A stretch of 64,000 nucleotides of DNA from positions 49,786,001 to 49,850,000 of the forward strand of contig OZ024742.1 in assembly GCA_964016885.1 (NCBI GenBank), read 5' to 3'. A model generated the notes under the pieces. It saw only the letters and a program-made list of their open reading frames with translations. It made no database searches and was not told the origin of the DNA. How positions within the stretch are numbered: position 1 is the stretch's first letter; each line of letters begins with the position of its first letter. This DNA is from Eledone cirrhosa (taxonomy: Eukaryota). This document shows positions 12,356 through 23,848 of the stretch, one piece after another. The position numbers and the translations under genes were made by a program.

Positions 12356-14314
12356 TTAGGTAAGGCGGGTCTTCTCTATTACTGAGTACCGCCAAAGGTC
12401 TCGGTCCAGTGACATTGTCTTGGTGAGGTGTAAGTGTGTGAGGTCGGAGTTTATCAGCTCGTCCCAGGTTTTTCTGGGTCTGCCTATTCCGTGGCTACCG
12501 TCTATCTTTATTGCCCTGCACTTTGTTATACAGCTACCGTCCTTCATGTGCATCACGTGACCATACCAACGTAGCCTTCTCTCTAGTAAACAACATCTGA
12601 TCCCTCTTATTTCTAATTTTTTCCTTAGTTCGTTTATGCTTTGTCGTTCACGTATATTACTATTACACATCCAGCGGAGCATGCAAGCTTCGTTTCTCTC
12701 TAGTCTGCGTATATCCTCTGCACACAATGCCCAGGTCTCACTGCCATGCAACATTGCTGTTCGTATGCAGGCATCGTACAGCCTGCCTTTCATTTTTAGG
12801 GAGAACCCTTTAGCAGCTAATAGTGGTATAAGCTCTCTGAACTTTTTCCACCCAGTTCTGACTCTAGCTACTGTACTTTCAGAGCACCCTCCCCCACTGC
12901 TGATTTTGTCACCCAGGTAAAGGAAGCTGTCCACTATTTCTATAGAACCCTCTGCGCAGTTGAAAGAGCTAGTATTTTGTGGGCACTTGCTGCTACTTAT
13001 TGCCCCAGAACACCGGCCACATGTAAAATATATGTTCTTAGTTAGCTTACCTGTGATCCCACTACATCTTTTATGCACCCAAACTTTGCATTTGGGACAT
13101 AAAATGGAATTTCTTCCTACGCCTTTCCTACACTCTGCGCATGGCCACTTCCCGGAGGGCACCGCCGCCTTATTTTCTTTCTTACAAACTAGAACTTTAG
13201 TCTTAGCCAGGTTAATTTTAAGGCCTTTTGATTCTAGGCAGTGCTTCCATGTTTGGAATTTCTTCTCTAGCTCGGCCATTGATTCAGCTATGAGCGTTAG
13301 ATCATCTGCGTATAGGAGTTCCCATGGGCAGCCGGTCTTGAACTCCATTGTTATAGCCTGGAGGGCAATAATAAATAGTAGGGGGCTAAGAACAGAGCCC
13401 TGATGAACACCAACTTTTACACTAAACTCTTCACTATATTCGTTGTTAATTCTAACCTTGCTGACTGTTTCTTTATACATGGCATGTATGGCTCTCACAA
13501 GCCATTCATCAACACCTAGTTTTCTAAGAACCCACCAGATAATGGAACGGGGGACTCTGTCGAAGGCCTTCTCTAAGTCGACGAAAGCTAAGTATAGGGG
13601 TTTACTTTTAGCTAGGTACTTCTCCTGTAGTTGTCGTACAATGAAAAGAGCGTCTGTGGTACTTTTTCCTGACACAAACCCGAACTGCATTTCATCTAGA
13701 TCAATTCGCTCTCTGATTAGTTGCGCTATTACTTTTTCCGTGACCTTCATGACCTGGTCGATTAATTTAATGCCTCTATAGTTACTCCTATCTAGGGCAT
13801 CTCCTTTACCCTTATAACAGTTAACGATAATGCTGCTACGCCAGTCCTTCGGAACAACCCCATTCTGTATGACTTGGTTGACTATCCGGGTGACCATGGT
13901 GTGTCCCACCGTACCAGATGCCTTCAGCATCTCGGCAACTATTTCCGAAGGCCCAGCCGCCTTGCCTGTCTTCATATCTTTGATTTCCTTACTTATTATA
14001 CTACCCTCGACTAACACTGCTGGTCCCTCGATGTGGGGGAGACTGTCTTTCTCCCATTTATTCTCCTCATTTAGTAGCCTTTCATAGTGACACTTCCAAG
14101 CTACCTTCTTATCGGCGTCGGTGATGACAAGTACGCCGTCATCGTTAAGTACACACTTCTCCCCGACAATATCACTGTTTTCCTTGACACATTGCCTAGC
14201 AATCCTGAACACCTCACGTTTTTGGTCCTCACGTTGTAGAACATGCTTGAACTTTCTTTCCTCTGCTTCCCTTATTGCGAAGTACACTTGTCTCCTAGCT
14301 TCCCTCCTGGCCAC
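12356..14314 (-). CDS. RTE family 2 ORF, RT + PHD-type finger + C-terminus (downstream of the frameshift)
   Basis: 652 aa open; [40 protein letters not shown]. Confidence 0.88.
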   Translation of the reverse strand: MARREARRQVYFAIREAEERKFKHVLQREDQKREVFRIARQCVKENSDIVGEKCVLNDDGVLVITDADKKVAWKCHYERLLNEENKWEKDSLPHIEGPAVLVEGSIISKEIKDMKTGKAAGPSEIVAEMLKASGTVGHTMVTRIVNQVIQNGVVPKDWRSSIIVNCYKGKGDALDRSNYRGIKLIDQVMKVTEKVIAQLIRERIDLDEMQFGFVSGKSTTDALFIVRQLQEKYLAKSKPLYLAFVDLEKAFDRVPRSIIWWVLRKLGVDEWLVRAIHAMYKETVSKVRINNEYSEEFSVKVGVHQGSVLSPLLFIIALQAITMEFKTGCPWELLYADDLTLIAESMAELEKKFQTWKHCLESKGLKINLAKTKVLVCKKENKAAVPSGKWPCAECRKGVGRNSILCPKCKVWVHKRCSGITGKLTKNIYFTCGRCSGAISSSKCPQNTSSFNCAEGSIEIVDSFLYLGDKISSGGGCSESTVARVRTGWKKFRELIPLLAAKGFSLKMKGRLYDACIRTAMLHGSETWALCAEDIRRLERNEACMLRWMCNSNIRERQSINELRKKLEIRGIRCCLLERRLRWYGHVMHMKDGSCITKCRAIKIDGSHGIGRPRKTWDELINSDLTHLHLTKTMSLDRDLWRYSVIEKTRLT

Positions 14315-14332
14315 TTGATAGTCTTCTCTGCT

Positions 14333-15420
14333 TCACCCATCCCGCCATACTTTCCAAGCCTGCTTTTTGGCCTTAATTGACCCCTCCACCTTACTGTTCC
14401 ACCACCATGTTACTCTCCTCCTGCCTACAGGCCTGCTCCAGCCACAGACTTCGTCTGCCGCCGTCAGCAGGTTTGCTTTCAGGAATTCCCACTGTTCCTC
14501 TACCTTGTACGTCTCTAATTGCTCTTCCTCACTGTCGAAAGCATCAAGTAATATGCTTTGGAATTTATTTTTGGCTGTGGGGTCCTTTAGCTTCCATATT
14601 TTTCTCCTGAGGATAGTCCTCTTCTGTTGTCTAGTACGTCTCATCTTGACTATTAGGTCGCTAATTATCAGTCTATGTTGGGAAGTGCATTCTTCATCGG
14701 GGAGGGATTTAGTGTTTACGACAGTCACTTTGTCACGTCTTCTGGTAAGGATATAATCTACCTGGCTAGTATGTTCCCCTGATCTGTAGGTGATCAAGTG
14801 ATTGTCTCGTTTTTTTAAGCTAGTGTTGCAGATAGTTAGGTTATTTGCGTCGCAGAATTCCAGGATTCTGGAGCCTTCCTCATTTCTAGTACCAAACCCA
14901 TAGCCTCCATGGATTTCGTCGTAGCCGTCACAATGTTGTCCAACGTGACCGTTTAGGTCACCTGCAATAATTATATAGTCACTGTCGGTTATTTGGGAGG
15001 TAGTGAGCATCAGTGTCTCATAGAATCTGTCTTTTATAGTGCTGGGCAGTCCGGATTGGGGTGCGTACGCGGATATTACTGTCACCGTAGTTCTATTGAG
15101 GACAAGTCTTATTTTAATTATTCTGTCGTTCACTCTATTTACGTCTATTATCTTATCTGCCCACTTTTCTGCTACCATGATTCCTACTCCACCCAGCCCA
15201 TTGTCGTTTCCCACCCAGAAAAGCTTATAGCATCGTTTTCTACCCACAATGTATCTAGCAGATCCACCCCTCCACCTGGTCTTTTGAATACAACAAACAT
15301 CGACCTCCTTACGTTCAAGCATTTCTACAGCCTCGTTAGAGCAACCCTTTAAGGTGCCTACATTCAAGGTACCAAATCTGATGTTTTGGATTGCGTTTGG
15401 GGGGTTGGAAAGGTGGGGAG
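14333..15420 (-). pseudogene. RTE family 2 ORF, APE endonuclease part
   Basis: FGTLNVGTL, SAYAPQ, AGDLNGHVG, VDYIL; 1-nt insertion after KVWRDG. Confidence 0.9.
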
Positions 15421-15440
15421 CGGGGGAAATATATATATTC

Positions 15441-15849
15441 TTGGGAGACCCAAGAAGACCTGGGATGAGGTGATAAAAGCCGACCTTACCCAATTACACC
15501 TCTCAAAGGCAATGACACACACCCGTGACCTCTGGCATCATGCAGTAATATAGAAGACCCGACCCTCCATGGGTAGAAGCTAAAGCTGAAGCATATAGAC
15601 AATATGCCTACACACCCTCCCACTGCAAAGTGGTCGTGGAGGTGCTATGGCAAAAAAGCACCCAGCCCACACTGTAAAGTGGACATGTAAACGCCACGGG
15701 AAAAAAGCACCCAGTACTCACTCTAAATGAGGTTGGTATTAAGAAGTGCATCCAGCTGTAGAAATCAAGCCAGAATCAGTTCCCGTATGAGCAAGTCATG
15801 GTCAGACGACCAGCTACTGCCCACAACAGGACAACCCGTCTAATCCATG
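15441..15849 (+). mobile_element. RTE family 1 3' fragment, head-to-head with RTE-2 across a short (TA)n
   Basis: GRPKKTWDEVIKADLTQLHLSKAMT plus a 3' UTR matching 11012-11405. Confidence 0.9.
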
Positions 15850-16124
15850 TGTGTGTGTGTGTGTGTGCACATATACATACATATGCAGTGGAAGAGAGAA
15901 AGAATGATAGAGGTGTAGAGATTGCTATTTAATGTAATATAATGTATATTAGTCAAGAGATTCTTTATTAAATATGAAGTGAAGTACAAGTGTCCATCTT
16001 TCCTCAAAGAAAGTCTTGATGAGAAATAAACACTGTGTTGAAGCTAACAGTTAAGTCTGTTGTGTTAAGTAGCATAAAAGTAGCATCTAGTATTAGTAAT
16101 ATTGTTGTTGGAGTTTTTGTTAAA

Positions 16125-16590
16125 ATAATAATAATAATAATTGTATCTACTATTGGCAAAAGGCCAGCAATTACCCAGTACATTACTGGTACTTTATTTT
16201 ATCGACAACGTAAGGAGGAAAGGCAAAGTTAACCTCAACGGGATTTGAACTCAGACCTTAAAGGGACGTAACTATGCTAGAAAGCATGGTGTCCAACCCT
16301 CTACCGATACTGCCAATTCAATAATGATTTCTGATTTAGGCACAAGGCCAGCAATTATGGGGGAGGGGAAAGTTGATTAAATTGACCCCAGTGTGTTACT
16401 GGAACTTTATTTTATCAAGCCCATAAGGACGAAAGGCAAAGCTAACCTCGGCGGGATTAACAACAATAATAATTGTTTCTACTTTTCGCACAAGGTCAGC
16501 AATTAACAGTGCATTACTGGTACTATATTTTATCAACCCCGTAAGGTTGAAAGGCAAAGTTAACTGCGGCGGGATTTGAACTCAGAAAAT
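16125..16590 (-). mobile_element. Cluster of three SINE family C-related copies with (TTA)n tails
   Basis: Repeated gcaaggccagcaatt...actggtactttattttatc...aaggcaaagttaacctc. Confidence 0.8.
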
Positions 16591-16669
16591 AATAATATGG
16601 GTTGTAAAGTATCAAGTGATAATATGATCATCACTGTGCAAATAAGTAAATATATAGATGATAATAATA

Positions 16670-16970
16670 ATATTAATAATAATAATTTCATTTATTGACC
16701 ACAAGGTCCAGCATATAAGGGACAATACAATGACAGGGACAGTGGGGTTTACAATAAAATCGAGTAAAAATACGCAATAACAAAAACAACAATGAAAATA
16801 TATAAAAATATAAAACATAATAAATATAACAAAATAAATTCCTCAATAGTGGAGAGCAACCACCCAGGGACGAATCAGTTAACCCACCAATCCTGAACCA
16901 CTTGACGCGTCAAGAGTACCTGGAAAGAGCACCCCCTCTCCTCCTCAAATTAACTAACCTACAGAAGACC
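16670..16970 (-). mobile_element. Probable L1/Tx1-like LINE 3' end
   Basis: Minus strand: CpG-retaining ORF-like stretch, T-rich UTR, aataaa, then (TTA)n. Confidence 0.4.
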
Positions 16971-17287
16971 CCCCCCCCCCCACGGGTACAAGCTAAAGCA
17001 TATAGACAATAAGCCCCCACACCCTCCCACTGCAAAGTGGTCGTGGAGGTGCCATGGCAAAAAAGTACCCAGCCCACACTGTAAAGGGGACGTGTAGGCA
17101 CCACAGAAAAAGCACTCACCACTCACTGTAAATGAGGTTGGTGTTAGGAAGGGCATCCAGCTGTAGAAATCAAGCCAGAAACAGTTCCTGTATGAGCAAG
17201 ACAAGGTCAGCCGACCAGACACTGCCCACAACAGGACAACCCGTTAACCCATGCTAGCGTGGAAGAATGGACGAAAAACGGTGATGA
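16971..17287 (+). mobile_element. RTE family 1 3' UTR fragment
   Basis: Matches 11130-11437. Confidence 0.88.
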
Positions 17288-17340
17288 CAGGTGAATACTC
17301 AGAGTAGGCCCATTCACACGGGCCATTCTTGCCACGTTAT

Positions 17341-17468
17341 TCATAATAATAATAATTCTTTCTATGTTTGGCACAAGGCCAGCAATACCCACTGTATTAC
17401 TGGTACTTTATTTTATCGACCCCGTAAGGATAAAAGGCAAAGTTAACCTCGGCGGGATTTGAACTCAA
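17341..17468 (-). mobile_element. Truncated SINE family C
   Basis: Reverse complement of the 4485-4600 body. Confidence 0.8.
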
Positions 17469-17554
17469 TGCGTCAAACAAATAATGAATCCTGGCCATTA
17501 TCATTGAGACGTAAATGTTGCAATAAATAATGTTATACATGTAGATGATAGATA

Positions 17555-17800
17555 CTGTAAACATTTCTTATATAAGTCATTTGATACATGTAGGTGTGGT
17601 CTAAGCCCTTTGATAAATGTAGATGATGTATAACTCCCTTGATATATGTAGGTGATGTATAAGTCATTTGATACATATAGGTAATATATTATGTTTGCAG
17701 TATCAGTCACCATTTGATACATATAGGTGATGGCTTAGACGTGTAGGTGTGTATAATTAATTTGATACATATAGGTGATGTATTAGAGATGTTTGCAGTA
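17555..17800. repeat. Degenerate ~30-bp minisatellite (tttgatacatataggtgatgtataagtca)
   Basis: tttgatacat/taggtg core recurs about six times. Confidence 0.7.
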
Positions 17801-20800
17801 TCTTATTCATTTTGCCTTAAATGTGTAGTATTTAATTGCTAATGCATTTTAAGAACACCAGCTAAGTGATGTGGCACTCTATAATTTCATTAATGAATTT
17901 TATATGCTATAGTGAATGACAAAGGGAAATGAAGAAGCCAAGTTATTTCATGTGTTTTCTCAATAATTGCACAATAAAGATCTCATATTGAGATTCACAT
18001 AAAACCTTGAAATATCGATTCAATGTACATTGCAGACCCATGTGTTTGTATTCTAACTATCAAATTAATTTATCAATGCACACATAAGGATAACCATCCA
18101 AGCTCATACAACCATGCATTCACATACACTCATACAAACACACACGTATATTAGATATGTACACACCAGTATTATTGTATTATATTTGTTTAAATGCATC
18201 TCTCACTAAACCAACAACACATTATATATAAATACACTTTGATAACAAAATTAACTTGATTAATTGAAATAATTTACTTGACTGTAGCAGAGTGCTAAGC
18301 ATGAGAATTGGTTATGCTATGTAATAGAGTTAGCTCAACTATATCCTTGATCCAATAGTTGATAACAGTTCTAACTTAACTGGAGTAATGAGCTAAAAAA
18401 TGAAGTTTAATGATATCTCTTAGTCAGTGTTGTTCACTTATTGTTGAACACAAACTTTGTAAAGTTCATTCGTTTCTCTTCTCTTACTACTTATCTGTGT
18501 GTATTTATGTATTTCACTAATTGTTTTATTTTTTGTTTTTATAAAACTGACTTTCGTTTTCCATCTTGAGGTGGTTCGTTAACTGAAAAGTAATCAAATT
18601 GAGATTAAACTCAATTCTGCATCTGCTCTGTGATTACACATAACTCTAGCTGCTAAACTGATCAATTTACTTCTCTTGATCAATGATGCATCTACAGTGA
18701 AAACAGCTTTAAAAATACAATGAAAGAGAAAATTTTAAAAATGAAATGAAACATTCCTTGATCTTTTTCTAATTAGTCTGAGGTGGGGATACATATAAAT
18801 TTTTTGGAAAGGATGGATAGCTTGGATTGGTATATGAGAGTTATGAGGAATTGGCTTAGGAGTAGTGCTTCTAGCAATAGTTTGTTGACAGTCACTAGTA
18901 CAGTGGTAATGAATAATTGATAGTAAAGTTGTAACTACATAGCCAACCCTATAATTACACACACCAATGCATATATATATATATATAAATGTTTGTGTGT
19001 GTGCATATGTAAATATATCATATATACATATACACATGTAGTGGTCATTTGTTGTGTGAAGGTTGACCAGTCAATGAGGTGGTTGTGGCTTTTTTCCTCT
19101 TAATCTTCTTGTTACCAGATTTCTGATGAAATGCCTAGGTTAAAATAGTTTAAAACGTTGGAGGGATTTACAAAGGTTATTATTACTAAGATACTAACTT
19201 AACATATGATCCATATATTAAATTATGTTGGAAGATTTTAATATAAATAGACATCTTTTGAAATGGGTTGTTTTGTTTCATAGAAACAGTAGTGATTTGG
19301 GACTGGTTGGTATGGAAAAGGTTAATATGGTTTAGGTTGTTTGTATATAGATATTGTGACCAGTAATTTCGTGTGTGGGCAGCTCATTAAATATTCCATC
19401 AACAATTAATCTCTCATCTTAAAGAATTTGTATCAGGGGACAACAAAATTAAGTGTACTTAAGTGTGTGGGCAAATCATTGGAGGGTATATCAGCAATTA
19501 ATCTCTCATACTAAAAATTGATATTAATGGAGAACAAATTTGTTATTTTATTTGCTTGTAAGCGATAGTTGCTGTAGCATTAATTAGGTATCTTTGTTTA
19601 ACCACATCTAACAACAGTTCTAAAATAAATCAACCTATGAGTCTATACTTCACTGCTTGATTTGATATAGCTGAATCTTTCTCAAATAAAACCCTGTCAT
19701 GTAATAAAAGAAAGAGTGAGTGTGTTGGATAATGTGGTCCTTATTCATTGAATCTGAAAAAAAAAAAATTGTCAAAGCAGGGATATTCTTTAGTCATAGG
19801 TATGCAAAATCAGACTACTTTGGTATTAAATAGAATAGTAATGCCAATTATAGTTCTACACCATTCTGTAATGTTGCATGCAATGCTACTTATTCTTGCA
19901 GTTGATGTAGATATGTTTGAAATATTTCTAACACAGATTAAATTCAGTTGTATATATTTTTCTTTAGCTTGTATATATTTTCCTTACAAGACCTACATTA
20001 TAAGTAGATATTTATTTATAAGTTTCTTTCACACATACACAAGAAACATAGGAGGCCAGATAATGAAGAGGGGAAAAGAAGAATGAATATCTGTTCTCTC
20101 AATCACATGCTACAACAAGGCATACTAGAACCTCCTTCTAATAATATTTGAGGCAAGCCAATGCATACACAGCATTGCCACAGATCATATTAGTGCAAAG
20201 GTGCTGGAATAACCACACACCCTCATGGGCATCACTTTATACTTTGGCAAGTAGCATCTGCAGTATCAAGAATTTCATTGCCAGCAGATCAGTCCACCCC
20301 AAATGTGTTAAATACCACAGGCAGATTATAACAACAAAATATATTTCATCTGCAAATTATGACAGAAACTCTTTTGGTTTCGTTAGACTTACTTTGACTT
20401 AGAAGATCCCATATCTAAGGAGACAGACAGAGTAAGCCAGCCTTTCCTACCCCAGTCAGAGCAGGTACATCCTCCCACTCCTTGTTCATCAGTCATAGAT
20501 CTTGCACAATGTTCCGATGCCAATACATTTTAAGTCTCCCCTGCTTTCTTTGGCCTCCTGCAGCCTAGCACAAAGTTGAGTTGGCTGGCCTTGTTTGTGA
20601 CAGTCTGGAAAAATATCCAAGCTAGCTAAAGTGCTTTGGTTTAGAACTGTATACAAATACTACTTGAATAAGTAAATTAAGATTTTGTATCATGGTGTGA
20701 ATATTGCCAATAGATTGGCATAATCATGCAAAGAATTAATGTTTCAACTATTATTGCAATACCAAATTTGTTAGTAACTTATTACCTGAGTAGCTGAATA

Positions 20801-21675
20801 CTTTAGATAAACATACAGTGCTTCCACAAATGCTTATGTAAGCCACTTAAAAGCAACAATATCAACAACTGTAACAAACAGGAGTGAAAGTGAATGGCAA
20901 AATTGGAAAGCAAATGTCTGCATGTCAGTATTTAATGAAATACATAGGGAAATGTTATTTACAGTTTTACTTGTCACAGTAATGGATTTTGTTATTATCT
21001 TCATTCAATCTTCTATGCAATGTTAATGGAATAGGTTTGTGATATTTGCATATTACAGGGGCAAAAATATCGCTTTACTCTTGGAAGTACTTTTTCCTGT
21101 TGTCTCCATATTCTACATATATTAAATGAGTGGTGTAAATGCCACTTATTTTCAGTTATGCAGACTGAAAAAAAATTTCTTTAAAGATAACTATGTAGTC
21201 AAGAAGTCCTGCACTTTATATACATATCTAGTGTGTCTCAATAGGGAACATTATTTAAAATAATATATGTAGAAACATTCTGAGCCATAAATCACAAGAA
21301 ATATACATAAGGTCAAATGAAATAAAGTATCTTGGATAATTCATACAATTATTTGAAGTCTAATCTGTTCAATGTTAATACAAATACATGTCTACCTTTC
21401 TAGATAACATTAAGGGAAGATAACTGTAAAAGATAAGTTTGTGATGTTTATTGCTTCAGAAATATTAGTGTTCTTCTTGTATGAGCAGATTGTTGAGGAG
21501 ATTACTGAATTCTGAAATGTTATGGAGAGAAGGTGCTTTTATGTTATATTTGTTTATTTTTACTTGTCTTTATTTCATTCCTGGAAATATACCTTCTTGT
21601 TGAGTTAATAGACAATTTGTTTCTGAGTTGTATGGGATTCAGTGACAACACATTATGTAGGCCACAATACTTACA

Positions 21676-21733
21676 TAAGAATGAAGAAAAGTTTAAGAAT
21701 GAAGAAAAGTTTAAGAATGAAGAAAAGTTTAAG
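21676..21733. repeat. 18-bp tandem repeat x3 (taagaatgaagaaaagtt)
   Basis: Direct reading. Confidence 0.9.
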
Positions 21734-23848
21734 TATGTCACTATATCCTTAATGTATATGTATTTTACAATTAGTACATGTCTTGAAAAGAGACTTCAAA
21801 TAATGTCATAGTAAAGACAAGGGTTATTAGAGCATTGGAAAAATTGCTTTGCAGCATTTAATTATGACTGCTTACATTTTGAGTTCAAATGCTACCAAGA
21901 TCAACTTTGTTTTCCATCCTTCTAGGTTTTGATATGAACCATATGAATAATGGGGTCAAATAATCCACTTTTTCCTACACTAAAATTGCTATACCTTTAT
22001 GTTAGAATGCCACTAACTAATGACATGCAAATCAGTCATAATATGCCCTTCCTACCAAAACATAGATGTATTCTGCTCTTTCTGACTCGTTAACATTTCT
22101 TGTATACCTGTTTACATTTTGCTACTGAACTGTATCCTTATACCCAATATTAAATCCAACCTGACAGCCTATATTAAGTTTTGCCAGTATTTCTCATATT
22201 AAATAACTACTCCAATCCTTCTTTCAGAATTTCATCATTTTGAAATTTCCTGACCCATTATTTTCCCTTGACTACAAGTCTTCCCAGCTTTTATATTATC
22301 TATGTTTATCCTCCACTTTAAGAGAGTCTAAAATTAATGATATCTCAATCCTACAACTTCAAGTTAACTAATAATAAATAAGTCAGTTAAAATGTTATTT
22401 CTTAATAATATCTGTGTCTTTTTATGTAATTATTTTTTATCTTTCTAATTATAAAATTTATTCAAATTTTTTACTGAACTAATAATACATTTATCTTTGT
22501 TAGCTTTTAGATCCCCAAATACTTTTGAAAAGCATTATGGGATGGCATGTCATGCTTCTAACATTACAAGCTGCTATTTTTAGTTACAACCTTCAGCAAC
22601 CTCCATAATATAAGAATTACATAGAAGGTTTCTATTGTTATTTTGTTCATGCTGTACATGTTCAAATAATAGATAAACTTAGACACATACATGCATGTAT
22701 AGCGCAATTTATATCATAAATGCTAACAGGTATTGACTAATAGATGTGATAGTGACTGAAAATACTTTTACTTCTATAATTAGGAAAAACTTTCTGATAA
22801 GTAAGGTAAATAATGAGCAGCCTAGTGATTAGCTTTATAATTGATGTTTAGAATTATCTCAATAAAAATATAAAATCTAATAATGAGACATTACGCACAG
22901 ATTAATGTATTGAAACTTTGTACTTTCAAGATTTTGCAAAATTGCTTACAGAAAAGTTTATATTTTATTTGGTTAGAAACTGTTAAAATATTTCTATGAG
23001 GAATTTTAATTAGCCATTTCGATACCAACCTGCCTAAAGCCACCCTTTGTTCTGTGATTATAAAGTCCATTTTAAAATGTTTAAATTGAAACCTTCCATC
23101 ACAATTTTACATTAGAACTTTATTGCTATGCTCTTAATACTGACTTAATGGAAAATATATAATACTATATTCTCTCAAATTCTTGATTATTTTCAAACTT
23201 AATAGAATGATATTCAATATAATCCATGAAAAATATAACCAGTAGCATTTGGACACTGTCCCTATATACATAAGTAAAATGTTCCCAGCTGCATTTTCAT
23301 ATCACAGCTAAGTCTGATATGTTACAGATATATTTGTAGTTTTGTACATAGATATCTAATCTGAATTCTAATTATATGCACCAAATAGGTTGTAACAACT
23401 GACATTTACTCATCTAAGGTTCTTACTATTACAGCAATGGCAAACACATTATTAATATCTTCTTTGTAGAACTAATTGTTTATGAAAGAGTCTTTAGATG
23501 TTGAATGGGCTGATAGGCTTGTTCTTCTTAGCCATTAGATAACACTGACAGCGTGTGTGTTGCTGCTCAGTATTTTATCAAACACTTGGCAGTGAAATAT
23601 AATATAGAGGCTTAAATTTATGATTTTAGATATGGAACACCACCCAGTCAGGGTTTTCCTTTGCAAAATTTCATGACAAAACAAATAAGTTTTCAAGAGA
23701 TTTTTATTTAATTATCTTATACATATATATATGTATAGGTGTATGTATATATATATATATACGTATATATATATATATATAGTATATATATAGTATAGTA
23801 TATATATACATATAGAATAGTATATATATATATAGTATATATATATAT

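Larger units (their letters stand above)
11618..15427 (-). mobile_element. RTE-clade LINE, family 2, near full length, with a SINE nested in its 3' UTR
   Basis: Two ORF blocks joined by one frameshift at ~14333; 3' UTR matches 33729-34126; (GAT)n tail at 11618-11640. Confidence 0.95.

Noticed and set aside
8474-15352. Many antisense ORFs overlapping the RTE copies
   Set aside because: Shadow frames with no motifs; they recur only because the LINEs are homologous
15428-15493. N-terminus MGKVGFYHLIPG... of ORF 14333-15493
   Set aside because: Antisense of the adjacent RTE-1 fragment plus TA spacer; not part of RTE-2
17555-17800. CRISPR-like regular repeats
   Set aside because: Degenerate tandem units without unique spacers, eukaryotic context, no cas genes
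20100-20900. Possible ancient LINE relic
   Set aside because: No motif could be read with confidence
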